Of a stretch of DNA of 64,000 nucleotides, positions 42,001 through 50,308 are shown in pieces. The notes under the pieces were generated by a model that did not search any database, had not been told where the DNA came from, and saw only the letters and a list, made by a program, of their open reading frames with translations. The stretch covers positions 1-64,000 of the IMG/VR virus record IMGVR_UViG_3300027659_000009; one strand, 5' to 3'. A program made the translations under genes and the position numbers. This stretch comes from a virus. Position 1 is the first letter of the stretch. Every line of letters begins with the position of its first letter.

Positions 42001-42107
42001 TATCTTTGTGGCACACAAGCCCTACAGGGTCACACGTTCACGTTGGTTTGCCGTATAAGAAAAATTTAAATTCTCTTCTTAATTTAGATACCGGTAAAAT
42101 TAAATGA
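39087..42107 (+). CDS. Multi-catalytic peptidoglycan hydrolase: GH73 glucosaminidase + M15B(VanY-like) + M15-like + M23-like, with two repeated modules
   Basis: AQGIIESG/NHFGIK/GYATSPTY; SDAYR/SNHGWGNAIDV/ESWHF; SRHWSGNAVDI/HVHVS; YTHLQ/HVHVG. Confidence 0.85.
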   Translation: MKRIILTESQYKRLIKKNLNEQKIVFSNPKDEFDITNQMMQLLIHLEFFIDTIANKFLYIDKVENGIIYIDSAKYTKEEKDLINTEIDKWIVFTDSTRDKRSEDLTYNFGVDSDWDDLYPDDVVVVDNDNNSTTDDIDLDNSDVTDDIDFEDDGTTEIDYDPTKKYSRTEYIALVKDNAIKQMKKYKIPASITIAQGIIESGDGNSGLARKGKNHFGIKCHSWTGEKIYLDTGEVNKDGSKRIDKNACFRKYDNISQSFDDHSKFLVDNSRYGSLFGLGTTDYKGWAEGLQKAGYATSPTYANLLISIIEKHNLNKFDSNTTSPVVGCTFTSAELKYVSENIVTNDDNLNFRYWVNQDPNRLERVNKKLSDCGLVNPILDKKGSINDYLRHSFVLIGKDWINANKPKRPDEEVKVEKDEDNKRDYNKNGRLDLSELTKIMNDTNGRTEYLSKAAAIQFNKMVVDAKKEGVNITISDAYRLCGSPNGKENVFTQWKAWKIYLGGGNVAAKPNPSKAEKWNELPVYPNAGCGYCTSNHGWGNAIDVADGKKWIRENGEKYGWYWGEAQSESWHFTFCGEGVVNTPKYCKGKKKVETELPKKVVKTDCELTTAELKYVSENIQNDDDNLNFRYWVNQDPNRLEKVNKKLSDCGLSDPNLSKKGSINDYLKHSFVLIGKDWVRANKPKRPDEEEEVVVDDVIYDSSELLTWSKNAKKDRDAGIINPTLISDIIKALKAINMRAQISWARTGHNKYTSDGDISRHWSGNAVDISVIEGIGNPNGNGSNKGIGNANFMKNGDRLVTELKKLGYSFGESNIKAFLWRTDTGGNHWNHVHVSNKNRVKKKVETKLPKKTEEPKKSEDAPTIVGNSGYILGKQITVSKNGPAAHATRKLGNWQSDNATDIFGKPGTTVYSITKGTVSKIGGNDKDHTGKIYGGSITVKGKDGYCDIFYTHLQKIKVVKGQEVTLGTPLAEISLWHTSPTGSHVHVGLPYKKNLNSLLNLDTGKIK
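40081..41152 (+). repeat. Intragenic ~240-nt direct repeat (40081-40322 and 40912-41152)
   Basis: Near-identical DNA encoding AELKYVSENI..NLNFRYWVNQDPNRLE..KPKRPDEE. Confidence 0.9.
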
Positions 42108-42496
42108 TAAGAAATGAAAAAAAAAATTATGGTGGTGTACTACTTTTTTGTACCACTACTAATAGATTTTTATTAGGGCAAAGAGGTAAAACAATAACTT
42201 TCTCAAACTCATGGAGTCTTTTTGGTGGTAAAATAGAAAAGGGTGAGACAGTATTAGAAGGTATCAAAAGAGAGTTATATGAGGAAACTAATATAAATTC
42301 AGATGACATATTTTATAAATTATTTGAAACTCAATGGGGAATGGGTTATCCATATCATTTCTACATAGGATATTGTAATGAAGAATATGAGTGTAAATTA
42401 AATGAAGAAAATCAAGATTGGGGTTGGTTTGATATAAATGATTTACCTAAACCATTATTTCCTACGTTATTTTCTTCACTTGTTAGAATTTTATAG
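42104..42496 (+). CDS. NUDIX hydrolase
   Basis: GGKIEKGETVLEGIKRELYEETN Nudix box. Confidence 0.9.
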   Translation: MIRNEKKNYGGVLLFCTTTNRFLLGQRGKTITFSNSWSLFGGKIEKGETVLEGIKRELYEETNINSDDIFYKLFETQWGMGYPYHFYIGYCNEEYECKLNEENQDWGWFDINDLPKPLFPTLFSSLVRIL

Positions 42497-42510
42497 TTAT
42501 ATTTGTTAGT

Positions 42511-42702
42511 ATGGATGAGTTTATTAAAACAAATGGGGATATTGAAGCGGAAAAAATAAGAACCCAACTTAAGAAGGAACAATTTATAAAACAGATAAAG
42601 TCTGGTCTCGGTGATCATATCAAAAATAATGGTGGTAAAATAAAAAAAATTAGAAAATCTTTTTTAAGGAGATTTTGGGATAGATTGATAAATGTTTTTT
42701 AG
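42511..42702 (+). CDS. Small hypothetical protein
   Basis: ORF after TATATTTG motif. Confidence 0.5.
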   Translation: MDEFIKTNGDIEAEKIRTQLKKEQFIKQIKSGLGDHIKNNGGKIKKIRKSFLRRFWDRLINVF

Positions 42703-42703
42703 T

Positions 42704-42931
42704 ATGAATTTAGAAAAGTTATTAGAGATTGCGAATGAGTGTGTTGAAAATAAAGTAATAGAAACAGAAGGGTTAACTATTATGTATAAATTAGACGAAC
42801 CAACACATAAAAAATTAGATGAGGAATTATTTTATAATACCAATAACAATCTAAATAATTTTGTTCATAACGATTTGATAGAAATCAACATCGCAGGCAT
42901 TACATTTATTTTCGAAATAGTTAAAGTTTGA
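42704..42931 (+). CDS. Small hypothetical protein
   Basis: Start at MNLEK. Confidence 0.55.
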   Translation: MNLEKLLEIANECVENKVIETEGLTIMYKLDEPTHKKLDEELFYNTNNNLNNFVHNDLIEINIAGITFIFEIVKV

Positions 42932-42956
42932 CATTTTAATCTTTAAACCATATAAT
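42928..42956 (+). promoter_or_regulatory. Consensus TTGACA-N17-TATAAT promoter
   Basis: Exact canonical sigma-70 consensus. Confidence 0.75.
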
Positions 42957-42962
42957 TGTCAT

Positions 42963-43976
42963 ATGGAAAATAAAGATATACACAATGATTTTATTGATTT
43001 CATCTTAAATGATGAAAAAGAAGTTTACGACAATGGTTTAAGTCACCCTAGTGTCGAATTTGAGGAACAAGAAAGAAAGGTTGTAGATACAATACTGGAA
43101 GAAAGATTAATCGACTATTACTGTTGTGGTAGATTCTATGGTAACGAAAAACTTGTTTGTGATAACATTAAAAAATTAAGTTCTTGGGTTTGTGATAGAG
43201 ATGGTTTAAACATGAAAGATGTTATAAACAAAATCTTAGATGAAATTAGAGAATGTGAGGATTTGAATCCCGCCTATCAAGAACCATTATCCTATTTATA
43301 TAGAACTAAAAAAGTAGAAGACATCATTAAAAAAACTGATGGGACATACTTCAGTGACAAATTAAAAAATTGTTGTTTGGTTAAGGATGAAAACGGACAG
43401 TGGGATTATGTTAACAAATTAAATTCTAACTACAGTGACGTTTCCGAATTACTAACTACCTTATTTCTAAAAGGTGGACAAATAGAAATGTTATCTAAAC
43501 TTAATGTCACAGAAATTAAAAATTATCTATTATCACTTAAAAAAGGTAATACTATTTATAAATTACTCACTAAATACTTTACCATTGACGAGTATAAAGA
43601 TTTCACATATAATACCAAAAATAATACTAAGGTTGGTGACTTTGTTGAATCCTTAACTAAGGACTTATTCATAAAAGATGGGTTTACTATTATTTTTGAA
43701 GGACAAAATGGTAACTTCATTGATATGATGTACGGTATCGATTTCATCGTAGAAAAAGAAGGTGAAATATTTTTAGTACAAGTAAAGAGTAAATCTAATG
43801 CGGCGTTATTAAGTTCTACTAAAAGACAATACAGATACATCGACATATTCGTAGGACAGTCTAAAGATTTAAATGGTATTAACTTATATTATAGAGAAGA
43901 TGAATTCAAAGAAAGATTTTTTGGGAAAGATGTACTCAAAAGTAATTTGGAATATTTAAAAATAAGATATAAGTAA
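42963..43976 (+). CDS. Protein with C-terminal PD-(D/E)XK nuclease-like domain
   Basis: GDFVE...GIDFIV..LVQVKS. Confidence 0.55.
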   Translation: MENKDIHNDFIDFILNDEKEVYDNGLSHPSVEFEEQERKVVDTILEERLIDYYCCGRFYGNEKLVCDNIKKLSSWVCDRDGLNMKDVINKILDEIRECEDLNPAYQEPLSYLYRTKKVEDIIKKTDGTYFSDKLKNCCLVKDENGQWDYVNKLNSNYSDVSELLTTLFLKGGQIEMLSKLNVTEIKNYLLSLKKGNTIYKLLTKYFTIDEYKDFTYNTKNNTKVGDFVESLTKDLFIKDGFTIIFEGQNGNFIDMMYGIDFIVEKEGEIFLVQVKSKSNAALLSSTKRQYRYIDIFVGQSKDLNGINLYYREDEFKERFFGKDVLKSNLEYLKIRYK

Positions 43977-43980
43977 AAAA

Positions 43981-44012
43981 TTTGTATATTTATAAATAAA
44001 ATAATATATTTG
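43981..44012 (+). promoter_or_regulatory. Bacteroidota-type promoter
   Basis: TTTG-N20-TATATTTG. Confidence 0.65.
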
Positions 44013-44027
44013 TAAAAAAAAAAGATT

Positions 44028-44663
44028 ATGGGATGTGATGTTCATATGTTCGCAGAAAAATTTAACCCACAAAATAAAAAATGGGAAAAGGTGAGTAATA
44101 AGTTTTATGACTCATACGCACTAGACATTATAATAGAAAAAATAATACATAGTTTTGGTTTAACAGACAAAGAGGCAAAAGATATTATCTATAGATATTT
44201 GAGTGGTAAAAATAATCCTAAAAATAAAATGGAGGATTATATTATGAATAAATTTTTAAAACCATCAATTAGTGATGATCCAAATTTTCAATACTGGAAA
44301 GATGAAAGTAAATTCCCACACCCATATACGGATCAACCTTATAGTGGGAGAAATTATGATTTATTTGGTGCACTTGCAGGTGTTAGAAACCCATCTATGG
44401 AATTAATTGCGGATATGGATAGAGGTTTACCTGATGATGTTTCCGATGAACTATGTGATATATTTGATGAATGGGGTATGGATGCACATTCTGCAAACTA
44501 TCTTTATTTAGATGAGATAATGGGTAGTTCTTACTATAAGATGTCTGACAGTAAGTTAAATGACATTGGTGTGGGTACATATTTCTTTAGAGATGTTGTA
44601 GATGCATTGTTAAATATAGGTGATTCTAAGGATGTTAGATTAGTTTTTTGGTTTGATAATTAA
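44028..44663 (+). CDS. Conserved phage hypothetical protein (MGCDxH...RNY.LF..LAGVR...RLVFWFDN family)
   Basis: Recognisable terminal motifs of a widespread phage family. Confidence 0.65.
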   Translation: MGCDVHMFAEKFNPQNKKWEKVSNKFYDSYALDIIIEKIIHSFGLTDKEAKDIIYRYLSGKNNPKNKMEDYIMNKFLKPSISDDPNFQYWKDESKFPHPYTDQPYSGRNYDLFGALAGVRNPSMELIADMDRGLPDDVSDELCDIFDEWGMDAHSANYLYLDEIMGSSYYKMSDSKLNDIGVGTYFFRDVVDALLNIGDSKDVRLVFWFDN

Positions 44664-44687
44664 AAAAAATTATTTTTTCTAAAATAT

Positions 44688-44716
44688 TTGACTTTTTAGG
44701 AAATTGTAACTATAAT
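44688..44716 (+). promoter_or_regulatory. TTGACT-N17-TATAAT promoter of the DUF2828-ncRNA unit
   Basis: Seen directly 28 nt upstream of ATG. Confidence 0.7.
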
Positions 44717-44744
44717 TGTAGTCAGAAATTAAAAAAGTTTTATT

Positions 44745-46166
44745 ATGAGCGACTCTCAAACAATTTTGGTAGAAAATAAAGGTAACGTAACATTAACTGA
44801 TAATGGTATGGTTACAAACAACACCACATTGAATAAATGTGTAGATTTGTTTTTCTCTATTGGATCGATGAGAGGAAAATCAAAAGATAAAGTAGTTAAA
44901 GTTTTCGAAGAAGCCTTTAATGAAAATCCTTTGGTTGCGTCTAAAGTCTTATTTTGGGCTAGAGACGTTAGAGGTGGGTCAGGTGAAAGAAAAGTCTTTA
45001 GAGACGTTATCTCATCCTTAATCACCAACTCACCACAAACTATTAGAAAGAACATTGCTTTAATACCAGAATTTGGTAGATGGGATGATGTTTTAGTTTT
45101 ATTTGGTACAGAGTTAGAGGACGATATGTATTCACTTATTAGAACGGCTTTAACAAACGGAGACGGTCTATGTGCCAAATGGATGCCGAGAAAAGGTATC
45201 ATCGCTAACGGACTTAGAAAATTGTTTAAGGTTACACCGAAACAATATCGAAAGATGTTAGTGGAACTAACTAATGTTGTGGAGACTAAGATGTGTGCTA
45301 GAGATTGGGAGTCAATTGATTATTCTAAACTTCCTTCTCTCGCATCATCTAGATATCAGAAGTCCTTTAAAAGAAACGATTTGACAAGGTATGAAGAATA
45401 TAAAACTGCCTTAGTCGATGGAACTGCAAAAGTTAATGCTGGTGCACTATACCCATATGACATCATAAAATCTATGAATATGGGTGGTGACGATGTTGTT
45501 AATGAGAAACAATGGGAATCATTACCTAATTGGATGGAAGGTTCTGAAGAAAGAATTTTACCAGTTGTTGATGTTTCAGGATCTATGGTTTGTGAGGTAG
45601 CGGGTAATCCTAACCTAACTTGTATGGATATTGCAATATCGTTAGGTATGTATATTTCAGAAAGAAATACGGGTAACTTTAAAGATGCGTTCATCACATT
45701 CTCTGAAAATCCTGAATTACAATACCTAAGAGGAAGCCTAAATGCAAGACTACACCAATTGAGGAGAGCAGAATGGGGTATGAGTACTAATTTAGAAAAA
45801 GTGTTCAGTCTAATTCTAACACAGGCAAAAAATAATAATATTACGGAGGAATTTATGCCGACTAAGATATTAATTTTGTCAGATATGCAATTCAATCAGG
45901 CGAACAGAAGGGATAGTTTGGGGGCACAATCTATGATTGAAGAAATGTATAGTGAGGCAGGGTATAAAGTACCTGATATCGTATACTGGAATTTAAATGC
46001 GAAAGGTGGGAATTTCCCAGTTGAGTTTGATAAAAATGGTACTGCATTAGTATCGGGATTCAGTCCGTCAATTCTTAAATCTATATTAGGTGGAAAGAAT
46101 ATGTCGCCAGAATCAATACTGATGGAAACTATTAATGATATACGATATAGTTTAGTTACTATATAA
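44745..46166 (+). CDS. DUF2828 family TROVE/Ro60-like protein with C-terminal vWA (MIDAS) domain
   Basis: ARDVRGGSGER, IPEFGRWDD, CAKWMPR, VETKMC, VDVSGSM, ILSDMQF, VYWNL, SGFSP. Confidence 0.85.
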   Translation: MSDSQTILVENKGNVTLTDNGMVTNNTTLNKCVDLFFSIGSMRGKSKDKVVKVFEEAFNENPLVASKVLFWARDVRGGSGERKVFRDVISSLITNSPQTIRKNIALIPEFGRWDDVLVLFGTELEDDMYSLIRTALTNGDGLCAKWMPRKGIIANGLRKLFKVTPKQYRKMLVELTNVVETKMCARDWESIDYSKLPSLASSRYQKSFKRNDLTRYEEYKTALVDGTAKVNAGALYPYDIIKSMNMGGDDVVNEKQWESLPNWMEGSEERILPVVDVSGSMVCEVAGNPNLTCMDIAISLGMYISERNTGNFKDAFITFSENPELQYLRGSLNARLHQLRRAEWGMSTNLEKVFSLILTQAKNNNITEEFMPTKILILSDMQFNQANRRDSLGAQSMIEEMYSEAGYKVPDIVYWNLNAKGGNFPVEFDKNGTALVSGFSPSILKSILGGKNMSPESILMETINDIRYSLVTI

Positions 46167-46179
46167 AACGTTCTTTGAA
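46165..46179 (+). promoter_or_regulatory. boxA-like antitermination element
   Basis: AAAACGTTCTTTGAA, identical to 60690-60704 before the tRNA cluster. Confidence 0.6.
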
Positions 46180-46184
46180 GATAT

Positions 46185-46346
46185 TTGTGGTAGTAAACGA
46201 ATCATTGCAGCAAAATTTAAAACTATAAATTTAACTACAATAGATAGGGCTTTGATAACCCACATAACTACATGGGTGTAAACCGTGAAAGCGGAGGAAC
46301 CACTCAGGGTTATGAGAAAAAGTGTCAGACGATTCCGATACCACAA
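46185..46346 (+). ncRNA. Structured ncRNA 1 downstream of DUF2828 (Y-RNA-analogue candidate)
   Basis: Terminal stems TTGTGGTA/TACCACAA and GAATC/GATTC; CAGCAA motif; CCGT-GAAA-GCGG tetraloop hairpin; homologous to next element. Confidence 0.7.
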
Positions 46347-46354
46347 TGTTATTA

Positions 46355-46675
46355 GGTGTAAAGGGTTGGGGGTTATCGAACTCCCTTTAAGTCCAATAAA
46401 CGAATGGTTTCTGCAACTTTAAAAACTACAAAAACAAGTTCAGAAGGGGTTTTACCACTTTACTTCGATAAAAGTATAAAGTGGACGACCATAGGTGAGT
46501 TAAAGTGGGTGTACCCCACACTCTAGGTCGTAAAACATACCTCTTGTTTATCTCATGTGAAAAAGATAGTTGGATTTGTCTCAACTAAAAAAACAGACAC
46601 CCAAACCTATATGGGTTAAAAATGTGGGGGTGATACTATATCACTTAAAAAAAATAGGATCACCATTCCGACACC
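46355..46675 (+). ncRNA. Structured ncRNA 2 downstream of DUF2828
   Basis: Terminal stems GGTGT/ACACC and GAATGGT/ACCATTC; CTGCAA motif; many internal helices. Confidence 0.7.
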
Positions 46676-46681
46676 GAAATT

Positions 46682-46710
46682 AAAGAGGGAAGAGAAATCT
46701 TCCCTTTTTT
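46682..46710 (+). terminator. Intrinsic terminator closing the DUF2828-ncRNA unit
   Basis: AGGGAAGA-GAAA-TCTTCCCT + T-run. Confidence 0.85.
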
Positions 46711-46783
46711 ATTTTATAACGTTTACAGTTAAATATTTTTTTAGTAAAATTATGGAAATAATAAAAAAATAAAAATATGAATT

Positions 46784-47257
46784 ATGAAAATAATTACTAA
46801 AAATAATAAGTTAGAAAAAGGTATTAGACATTATTTAGTTTATTTAGTTGATGATAATAATAACCCTATTGAATGTATAGATGCAGTGGGTGAAGAAGAA
46901 AGAACTCAAAAGGAAAATGAACTCAGTGGGAAATATGAAATATCTACAGAAAATGTGGAATATGTTTCATTAGAAAAATTTAGAACACAAAATAGAGATT
47001 ATACTCCATTGATTTTGGTGTTTTACTTAGAAAAATCGTTGTTTAATAATACTGATATGATTAGAAGTTACGGTGAAAACGTTAGATCTTATTTAGAGAA
47101 TAGAGGGGATGACGTTAGAATATTCTTTATGCCAACAGAAGGTAAAGAAGAAATTAAATGTATTAACCCATTATACATTGATGAGGTTAGTGATATTGAA
47201 AAATTAAATGATTTAGTATCTGATTTAGAGAATAAATTTCAAGTAGGGGTTGAGTAA
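46784..47257 (+). CDS. Hypothetical protein
   Basis: 157-aa ORF; TTTACA-N17-TAAAAT at 46722-46750. Confidence 0.6.
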   Translation: MKIITKNNKLEKGIRHYLVYLVDDNNNPIECIDAVGEEERTQKENELSGKYEISTENVEYVSLEKFRTQNRDYTPLILVFYLEKSLFNNTDMIRSYGENVRSYLENRGDDVRIFFMPTEGKEEIKCINPLYIDEVSDIEKLNDLVSDLENKFQVGVE

Positions 47258-47908
47258 TTAAGGTCGGGTGGATGTACGATAAGTTTTATTCATACTCCAC
47301 CCAGTCTTTTCTGAAATTCTCTTATATAATTTAGTCCTACCCTTATCCCCAACTAACCCAGTGAATACTACATTATTAATTTTGTTATGATCACAAAATT
47401 CCTTTATAGTTAAATATAATCTTTTTGCGTCATTACTATTTTTACAAGTTATAATATCAAAGTCACCATTTTGGTGAATTAAAACTTTATTGATAACGTA
47501 GTTTACCATTTTAATGTTGTCTTCTTTAGACTTCTTCAGTAAAATCCGTTTTATTATTTCTTTGGTTTCTAATCTATAATCAAAACCAAATACGGTAAAT
47601 TTTTCTTCGTAAAAATATTCATCTTTGTGTACCATAGTCCAACTATCACTGTTAATTGTGATAGGTATAACTCTCCCTAAATCGTCTCTTTCAAAATAAT
47701 CACTATCCCTTTCTTCTTTCTCTTTAAGGAAAAGAATTTCGTATGTCACAGATTTAATTTTTTTATACGCGTTATTTTTTTTAGGGAATAATACTTTATT
47801 GTTATCCCTAATTTTATAATATTTTTCTTTTACAATATCTTCACTATTACCCTCATATAGTATTTTTTTCTTTTTACCATTTTGGGTGATAATAATTCTG
47901 TAGCGCAT
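47258..47908 (-). CDS. Basic hypothetical protein
   Basis: 216-aa ORF ending RTSTRP. Confidence 0.6.
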   Translation of the reverse strand: MRYRIIITQNGKKKKILYEGNSEDIVKEKYYKIRDNNKVLFPKKNNAYKKIKSVTYEILFLKEKEERDSDYFERDDLGRVIPITINSDSWTMVHKDEYFYEEKFTVFGFDYRLETKEIIKRILLKKSKEDNIKMVNYVINKVLIHQNGDFDIITCKNSNDAKRLYLTIKEFCDHNKINNVVFTGLVGDKGRTKLYKRISEKTGWSMNKTYRTSTRP

Positions 47909-47961
47909 ATCTTTATTTTTTATAAAAAATACTTATTATTTGTAATAAATAAATAGAAGTA

Positions 47962-48945
47962 ATGAATAAAGATTATTATAAAATATTAGAAATTGAAAGA
48001 AACTCCACTGAAAATGATATAAAAAAGTCATATAGGAGGTTATCTAAACAGTATCATCCCGATGTAAATCCTGATAATAAAGAGGCGGAAGAAAAGTTTA
48101 AAGATATTGCCGAAGCGTATTCTATATTATCAGACAAAGAAAAAAAAGTAAACTATGATAGGTTTGGAACTGCCGATGGTAGAACTAACCCTTTCAGTGG
48201 TATGAACGATTTTGCATCTTTTTTTAACGGACAAAACAGAAGAAGAAAAGGTACTGATATTAGATTAAACGTTAAAATAAGTTTAGAGGAGGTATTTGAG
48301 GGTGTCCATAAAAAAATAAAATACCGTAAGTCAAATGGGTGTAATACTTGTAATAATACAGGTGGTGAGACAACACATTGTAATTCTTGTGGTGGTAGTG
48401 GTATGGTTTCTCAGATACAAAACACTCCGTTTGGTACGATGTCTAATGTGACTACTTGTCCCACATGTTCTGGATTAGGAGAGATGGTTATAAAAAAATG
48501 TGAAACTTGTTTTGGTTTGGGTACTAATACTGGTGAGGTGGAATTTGAATTCGACATTCCCAAAGGGATAATGGACGGAGAATCATTTAAAGTTAACGGT
48601 ATGGGTAATTCCATTAGAAAGGGAATTGATGGTGACTTAATATTAAATATTATTGAAACTCCACACGATAAATACAGAAGAGTTGGTAACGACATACATC
48701 AAAGAGTTAGTTTAGATTATAAAGATTTAGTGTTGGGTAACGATGAAATACAAGTAGATACTTTGGAAGGTAAAATAAAGTTTAAAATTAAGGAAGGTAC
48801 TAAAGTAGGTAGTATGTTAAGAATACCGAATAGAGGTTTATTTAGAAAAAATGAAAAGGGTGATATGTTAATTGAGGTATGGTTAGATATACCAGAGAAT
48901 GTCAGTGAAGAAGAAAAAGAAAAAATAAAAGACTTAAAAATTTGA
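47962..48945 (+). CDS. dnaJ: DnaJ co-chaperone (class A, short G/F region)
   Basis: J-domain HPD, four CxxCxGxG-type repeats, C-terminal DnaJ domain. Confidence 0.95.
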   Translation: MNKDYYKILEIERNSTENDIKKSYRRLSKQYHPDVNPDNKEAEEKFKDIAEAYSILSDKEKKVNYDRFGTADGRTNPFSGMNDFASFFNGQNRRRKGTDIRLNVKISLEEVFEGVHKKIKYRKSNGCNTCNNTGGETTHCNSCGGSGMVSQIQNTPFGTMSNVTTCPTCSGLGEMVIKKCETCFGLGTNTGEVEFEFDIPKGIMDGESFKVNGMGNSIRKGIDGDLILNIIETPHDKYRRVGNDIHQRVSLDYKDLVLGNDEIQVDTLEGKIKFKIKEGTKVGSMLRIPNRGLFRKNEKGDMLIEVWLDIPENVSEEEKEKIKDLKI

Positions 48946-48999
48946 TTTTTTTAAAAATAATGTCTATTATTAAACATCAATATAAAAAAAATATAATTT

Positions 49000-49425
49000 A
49001 TGGCAAAATTTGAAGAGGTCTACGAAGACACATTAACGTTGTTTCAGAAACACATTGATCAAACATCCATTCCTAGAATGGTGAAAATTAAAATTTTATC
49101 TAACGACGCAATTAAGAAAGAGTTCGGTAAGGTTTCAAAGACTAGTGACATTGTTAAGTTTATGACAGACTATGATGTAGTTATTCAAGTCAATGAACCA
49201 ATTTTCGATCAATTGGAGGACAAACAAAAAGAATACGTTGTAAGAGATTTGTTAGCACAAATTGTTTACGATATGGAAAAAGATAAAATCAGCATTGTGT
49301 CACACGATATCACTACGTTTAGTGGTGTTTTAAGAAACTTTGATATCGACACATACCTTTCTATTAAAGAAAGTATAATAACTCTTCTAGAACAAAAACA
49401 AATAGAAGCAGATTCAAAAAAATAA
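49000..49425 (+). CDS. Putative phage metallopeptidase-like protein (HExxH degenerate)
   Basis: IFDQLEDKQKEYVVRDLLAQI..HDITTFSGV pattern. Confidence 0.45.
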   Translation: MAKFEEVYEDTLTLFQKHIDQTSIPRMVKIKILSNDAIKKEFGKVSKTSDIVKFMTDYDVVIQVNEPIFDQLEDKQKEYVVRDLLAQIVYDMEKDKISIVSHDITTFSGVLRNFDIDTYLSIKESIITLLEQKQIEADSKK

Positions 49426-49428
49426 ATT

Positions 49429-49623
49429 ATGAGTATTAACAAAATTGCTACAGATCCTAGTTTAACGGATCAAGAAAAGAATTGGGAGTTAATGAGTGTT
49501 TTAGGTCTAAAATGGTCAGAAACTAAAGAACTTTCAGAAGAAGATAAATCTTTTCTTTTAGAAAAAGTAGAATTGATTAAGGTTCAGATGTCCCAACAGG
49601 CATCATACGAATCAAATCGATAA
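49429..49623 (+). CDS. Small hypothetical protein
   Basis: 64-aa ORF. Confidence 0.55.
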   Translation: MSINKIATDPSLTDQEKNWELMSVLGLKWSETKELSEEDKSFLLEKVELIKVQMSQQASYESNR

Positions 49624-49631
49624 GACTTATT

Positions 49632-49666
49632 TAAAGGGGTATCATTTGGTACCCCTTAATTTTTTA
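49632..49666 (+). terminator. Intrinsic terminator
   Basis: AAGGGGTATC-ATTT-GGTACCCCTT + T-rich tail. Confidence 0.75.
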
Positions 49667-49676
49667 AAAGATATTT

Positions 49677-50264
49677 ATGAACGGACGCATAAGAGTTAAT
49701 GCGGGCTATAGTTTTGAGAGGGATGTGAGAAAAAAATATAATTTTGAAAGGTATATTAAATCTCCTCGTATAAAATGGGCTGGTATCGGAAGAAATAATG
49801 TGGATAAGATAATGAGTCTAAGTAAAGATCCAGAATTATTTAAACCAATAATGGAAGAGTCTAGATTCATAAAGGCGGATGCTAAAGATAAGAAAGGTAA
49901 TCTTTATGAGATAAAGAAATACTCTAAAAAAGATTTAAAAAAATACAGACTTTATTCAGAACCTATTATAAAGGTAGCCCCAACTAGAAGTAAATGGGGT
50001 AAAGGAAATTCTTTTTTCGACAATTTTAATGGGTCGGATGATTATAATAATTTTATTGAGAGTATAATCAAATCAAAGTGGTGGAAGAAACTTAATAAAA
50101 AAATTTTAGAGAATATTTATAAATCTAATTGTGGGTTGTTTACTAAAGACGGTGCAATCCCAAATGAGTTGTTAGAATATAAATGGGTAATAAATAAAGG
50201 TGAATATGGGACTATATTCGATAATTATCATAGAATAAGTATTATAGTTAAACTTAGAGACTAG
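49677..50264 (+). CDS. Basic protein with possible PD-(D/E)XK nuclease motif
   Basis: GYSFE...KADA...YEIKK. Confidence 0.45.
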   Translation: MNGRIRVNAGYSFERDVRKKYNFERYIKSPRIKWAGIGRNNVDKIMSLSKDPELFKPIMEESRFIKADAKDKKGNLYEIKKYSKKDLKKYRLYSEPIIKVAPTRSKWGKGNSFFDNFNGSDDYNNFIESIIKSKWWKKLNKKILENIYKSNCGLFTKDGAIPNELLEYKWVINKGEYGTIFDNYHRISIIVKLRD

Positions 50265-50308
50265 GTTGACTATTCAAAAAAAAATAATTATTATTAAAGA
50301 AAAAATAG

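Noticed and set aside
44756-45895. Long antisense ORFs (148 and 179 aa) in DUF2828, and similar ones at 26125, 29737 and 41078
   Set aside because: Antisense shadows of well-supported genes, with no motifs or expression signals.
46152-46346. 64-aa minus-strand ORF
   Set aside because: Antisense to ncRNA 1; covarying structure and boxA favour the RNA reading.
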